Source of the DNA: a virus
DNA: 40,798 nt
Strand: one strand, 5' to 3'
Virus record (IMG/VR): IMGVR_UViG_3300045988_006413
Shown: piece after piece, positions 39,009-40,798 of the stretch
Layout: each line of letters opens with the position of its first letter
Numbering within the stretch: position 1 is the stretch's first letter
Position numbers and translations under genes: made by a program
The notes under the pieces: generated by a model
Database searches by the model: none
What the model saw: the letters and a program-made list of their open reading frames with translations, nothing else
Told to the model about the DNA's origin: nothing

Positions 39009-39526
39009 CCCTGTCCCTCCTTGCACGGCTCCATTTCCGGGCACTCGTCCATAAACGCGCACGGTGGAGCCATCAGGCCGCGAAATTCCGGGCAATGATC
39101 GAGCACAAGCGTCCGCATCCTCTTGGCAATCTCCTGTGTTGCCGGGTCTGCCTTGCGGCACAGGCGTTTGTTGGCGACCGTCAACAGTTCTTCCGCGTTC
39201 ATGTACCAGATCATATCCACCGGCGCGTCCTGCCGCGCTGCGTTCCTGTCATAGTCGCTCTGGCGGTCGTTACGCTGGCTTTTGATGAACGGGACGGAAT
39301 GGACGTGCCGCGCAAGGTGTGTGCTGACGTAATACGGCACGTTGTGTAGATAAAACGCGAAGTTCAGCGTCCGGATTGGACTGTGCTTCGCCCGGAGCAT
39401 CTTGTGCTTCCATTCCATGTCCGGTGCTTTTCCCGAGTGCTTCCCAATCGTGACCAGCGCGCAGCTCTTGGCAAACATCCAATCTTCTTCCCCCGGCCAC
39501 TTCAAAAGTGTGATTTCAGTGTTCAT
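39005..39526 (-). CDS. ThyX-like (flavin-dependent thymidylate synthase fold) protein, divergent and short (173 aa)
   Basis: KHSPIRTLNFAFYLHNVPYYVSTHLARHVHSVPFIKSQRN parallels ThyX HETPFEH..F.F...P.FV..Q..RHR..S...SQRY. IWYMNAEELL parallels FWTVNARSLM. RHR is replaced by RHV. Confidence 0.5.
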   Translation of the reverse strand: MNTEITLLKWPGEEDWMFAKSCALVTIGKHSGKAPDMEWKHKMLRAKHSPIRTLNFAFYLHNVPYYVSTHLARHVHSVPFIKSQRNDRQSDYDRNAARQDAPVDMIWYMNAEELLTVANKRLCRKADPATQEIAKRMRTLVLDHCPEFRGLMAPPCAFMDECPEMEPCKEGQG

Positions 39527-39654
39527 TGTTCCTCCTCACAGCTCGGTGTCATCAGCCGCTCCCGGTTCTCGCAAATCAGCTTCTCCGCTTCCCGCAGAGT
39601 TGCAAAAGGATGAATCGATCTGCAAATGCTTCTCAGGATATATTCGTCAGCCAT
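39523..39654 (-). CDS. Micro-ORF, 43-44 aa (below ORF-track cutoff)
   Basis: M(M)ADEYILRSICRSIHPFATLREAEKLICENRERLMTPSCEEEQ. SD AGGAGGG. ATGA overlap with the next start. Confidence 0.45.
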   Translation of the reverse strand: MADEYILRSICRSIHPFATLREAEKLICENRERLMTPSCEEEQ

Positions 39655-39910
39655 CATTTACCCTCCTGTTCCATGCCTCTGCGGCTTGCTCTTCGGTGTC
39701 GTAGATATACACGCCACCGACTATGCCGCCGTCTACCTCGTATCTCGCAATCGGGCATTGTTGGTTTTCTTCGTGGGTATGCCTGATCATAAAGCCCACC
39801 CCGCTATAAGGTTTCAGCGCATAGTCCTCATTGTGGAGATTCCCTTCATCATCACACAGGACGATCTTGGCCAAGCCACCGCAGAACGGGCACGGGCGCA
39901 ATTTATCCAT
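39647..39910 (-). CDS. Lar-family restriction-alleviation-like zinc-ribbon protein, 87 aa
   Basis: Start at MDKLRPCPFCGG with SD GGAGGTG. C-terminal EEQAAEAWNRR. Confidence 0.6.
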   Translation of the reverse strand: MDKLRPCPFCGGLAKIVLCDDEGNLHNEDYALKPYSGVGFMIRHTHEENQQCPIARYEVDGGIVGGVYIYDTEEQAAEAWNRRVNDG

Positions 39911-40127
39911 TCCGCACCTCCACATTTGCGTTTTCCAGCAGATCATCCAGACAGGACTCGTCGCTGCACCCGATAAACGTCCCGTCCTCGTCGTAGTACT
40001 GATAGGCCGTATATGGGCGGGCCTCGATCCCGGCGTATTTTCGAAGCAGGGCGTGTCCGTCCTCGATGTCAAACGAGCACGCTTCTTCGAGTTCATCCAT
40101 CTGCGCCTGAGTTATGTATTTAGCCAT
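39903..40127 (-). CDS. Hypothetical acidic protein, 74 aa
   Basis: ORF track entry, in the operon. Confidence 0.5.
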   Translation of the reverse strand: MAKYITQAQMDELEEACSFDIEDGHALLRKYAGIEARPYTAYQYYDEDGTFIGCSDESCLDDLLENANVEVRNG

Positions 40128-40130
40128 CCT

Positions 40131-40298
40131 TCATACTCTCCTTTTCTTTCGACACTCCGGGCAAAACCACCCGCATTTTCCGACGCTCCATCCGTAGCTT
40201 CTCGCAATCGAAACGGCGGAAGAATACGAAACTGTGTGGTTTACCCAGTTATATGTGGCTCCGCACGAGTCGCAAGAAAAGTAAACGTTATACGCCAT
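40131..40298 (-). CDS. Zinc-ribbon micro-ORF, 55 aa (below ORF-track cutoff)
   Basis: MAYNVYFSCDSCGATYNWVNHTVSYSSAVSIARSYGWSVGKCGWFCPECRKKRRV. CxxC ... CxxC plus a basic tail. Confidence 0.5.
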   Translation of the reverse strand: MAYNVYFSCDSCGATYNWVNHTVSYSSAVSIARSYGWSVGKCGWFCPECRKKRRV

Positions 40299-40473
40299 CC
40301 TTCTTGCCCTCCTCCGTCGGTTTTATCCATTCGCGAATACGCTTCCCGCATGAGCAGCAAAGCTCGATTTCTCCCGTTGGATCGCGATAGGCGCCCCTTA
40401 CGTTTACATACGTTGCCGAACTCGTGGGGTTTATCTCCGCCCCGCATCGGTCGCAGATTCTTTTTACCATCAT
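40288..40473 (-). CDS. Zinc-ribbon protein, 61 aa
   Basis: CDRCGAE...CCSCGKR. ATGA overlap with the HNH stop. Confidence 0.55.
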   Translation of the reverse strand: MMVKRICDRCGAEINPTSSATYVNVRGAYRDPTGEIELCCSCGKRIREWIKPTEEGKKDGV

Positions 40474-40798
40474 TTTCCCTCCATTTCTTCAAAGTAGAAC
40501 TTGATCGGCTTTTCGTTTTCAATGACATTCCCGTAAACCACGCCCACCTTGTAGATGTAGTTCTCGCGGAGCTTGCGCGGAATCTCCGCAATATACCGCC
40601 GGAATGTTTCCAGAGAATTTGCCCGCTTGTAGTGGTTGCACATCCGGCATGCTGGCATGAGGTTCGAGAGATCATCGCTTCCTGCATCCTCATCGTCCCA
40701 CGCTCGCAGCGGCCGGAAGTGGTCAACCTGCATGTCTCGGATGTCGATAGACCGTCCGCAGTAGGCACAGTGGCCGTCATACTTCGCATAGACCGCTT
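40470..40798 (-). CDS. HNH endonuclease, C-terminal part (N-terminus is at 1..79 across the circular junction)
   Basis: ..DMQVDHFRPLRAW...NLMPACRMCNHYKRANS.. The reading frame stays open to the window end and continues into 55..79. Confidence 0.8.
   Translation of the reverse strand, partial: AVYAKYDGHCAYCGRSIDIRDMQVDHFRPLRAWDDEDAGSDDLSNLMPACRMCNHYKRANSLETFRRYIAEIPRKLRENYIYKVGVVYGNVIENEKPIKFYFEEMEGK
40745..40798. repeat. Terminal duplicate, copy 2 (identical to 1..54)
   Basis: Same 54-mer as at 1..54. It lies inside the HNH ORF. Confidence 0.95.

Larger units (their letters stand above)
1..40798. mobile_element. Complete temperate siphovirus-type phage genome captured as a circular or circularly permuted assembly
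   Basis: Integrase, attP-like tRNA fragment, CI/Cro-type switch, recombination/replication genes, TerS/TerL/portal/MuF/scaffold/capsid, tail and lysis modules are all present. The window ends are identical over 54 nt and one ORF is complete only across the junction. Confidence 0.85.

Noticed and set aside
40241-40789. 182-aa minus-strand ORF
   Set aside because: It is an alternative frame across the HNH gene and two zinc-ribbon genes. The sequence is Arg/Ser/Thr-rich with no motif, whereas the competing frames carry HNH and CxxC motifs and ATGA coupling.

Overview
The window is one complete temperate siphovirus-type phage genome captured as a circle. The first 54 nt equal the last 54 nt, so the unique length is 40744 bp, and an HNH endonuclease ORF is intact only across that junction. 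Ribosome-binding sites are Firmicutes-like (GGAGG). Almost every gene is on the minus strand and tightly packed, with many ATGA, GTGA or TTGA stop-start overlaps.

Order on the minus strand, from high to low coordinates:
- 40.8-37.5 kb: small zinc-ribbon and Lar-like genes, a ThyX-like gene, dUTPase and a small XRE HTH.
- 37.3-26.0 kb: late operon with ParB-domain/DNA methyltransferase, TerS, TerL, an SPP1-type portal, a 3.7-kb block of fibre/Ig-like genes, a MuF-like head protein, a gp10-like protein, scaffold and capsid.
- 26.0-18.8 kb: connectors, major tail protein, G/GT chaperones, tape measure, a large Dit and Tal.
- 18.8-17.1 kb: lysis cassette.
- 17.1-13.6 kb: an eight-gene cargo module of unknown function.

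The plus strand carries the lysogeny module (10.27-13.37 kb): an XRE repressor, a Zn-ribbon membrane protein, an HTH-TM protein and a tyrosine integrase. It is followed by an attP-like 3' fragment of tRNA-Ser(GCT).

Leftward from a consensus divergent promoter/operator switch (10.1-10.25 kb) runs the early operon (10.1-0.08 kb). It encodes an Xis-like HTH, ERF, a NinB-like protein, HNH, SSB, a replisome organizer, a G39P-like loader, a clamp-like protein, RusA, ASCH, a C5 methyltransferase and a PAPS-reductase-like protein.

Most worth a second look:
- The uncharacterised low-complexity/Cys-His/C1q-like cargo module at 13.6-17.1 kb.
- The fibre-gene block between portal and MuF.
- A ParB-methyltransferase gene split at a G6 tract.
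- A 16-nt hairpin motif present at two late-operon boundaries.
- Lysogeny-side accessory genes with their own consensus promoters.

All functional calls come from reading motifs by eye. No database search was run.
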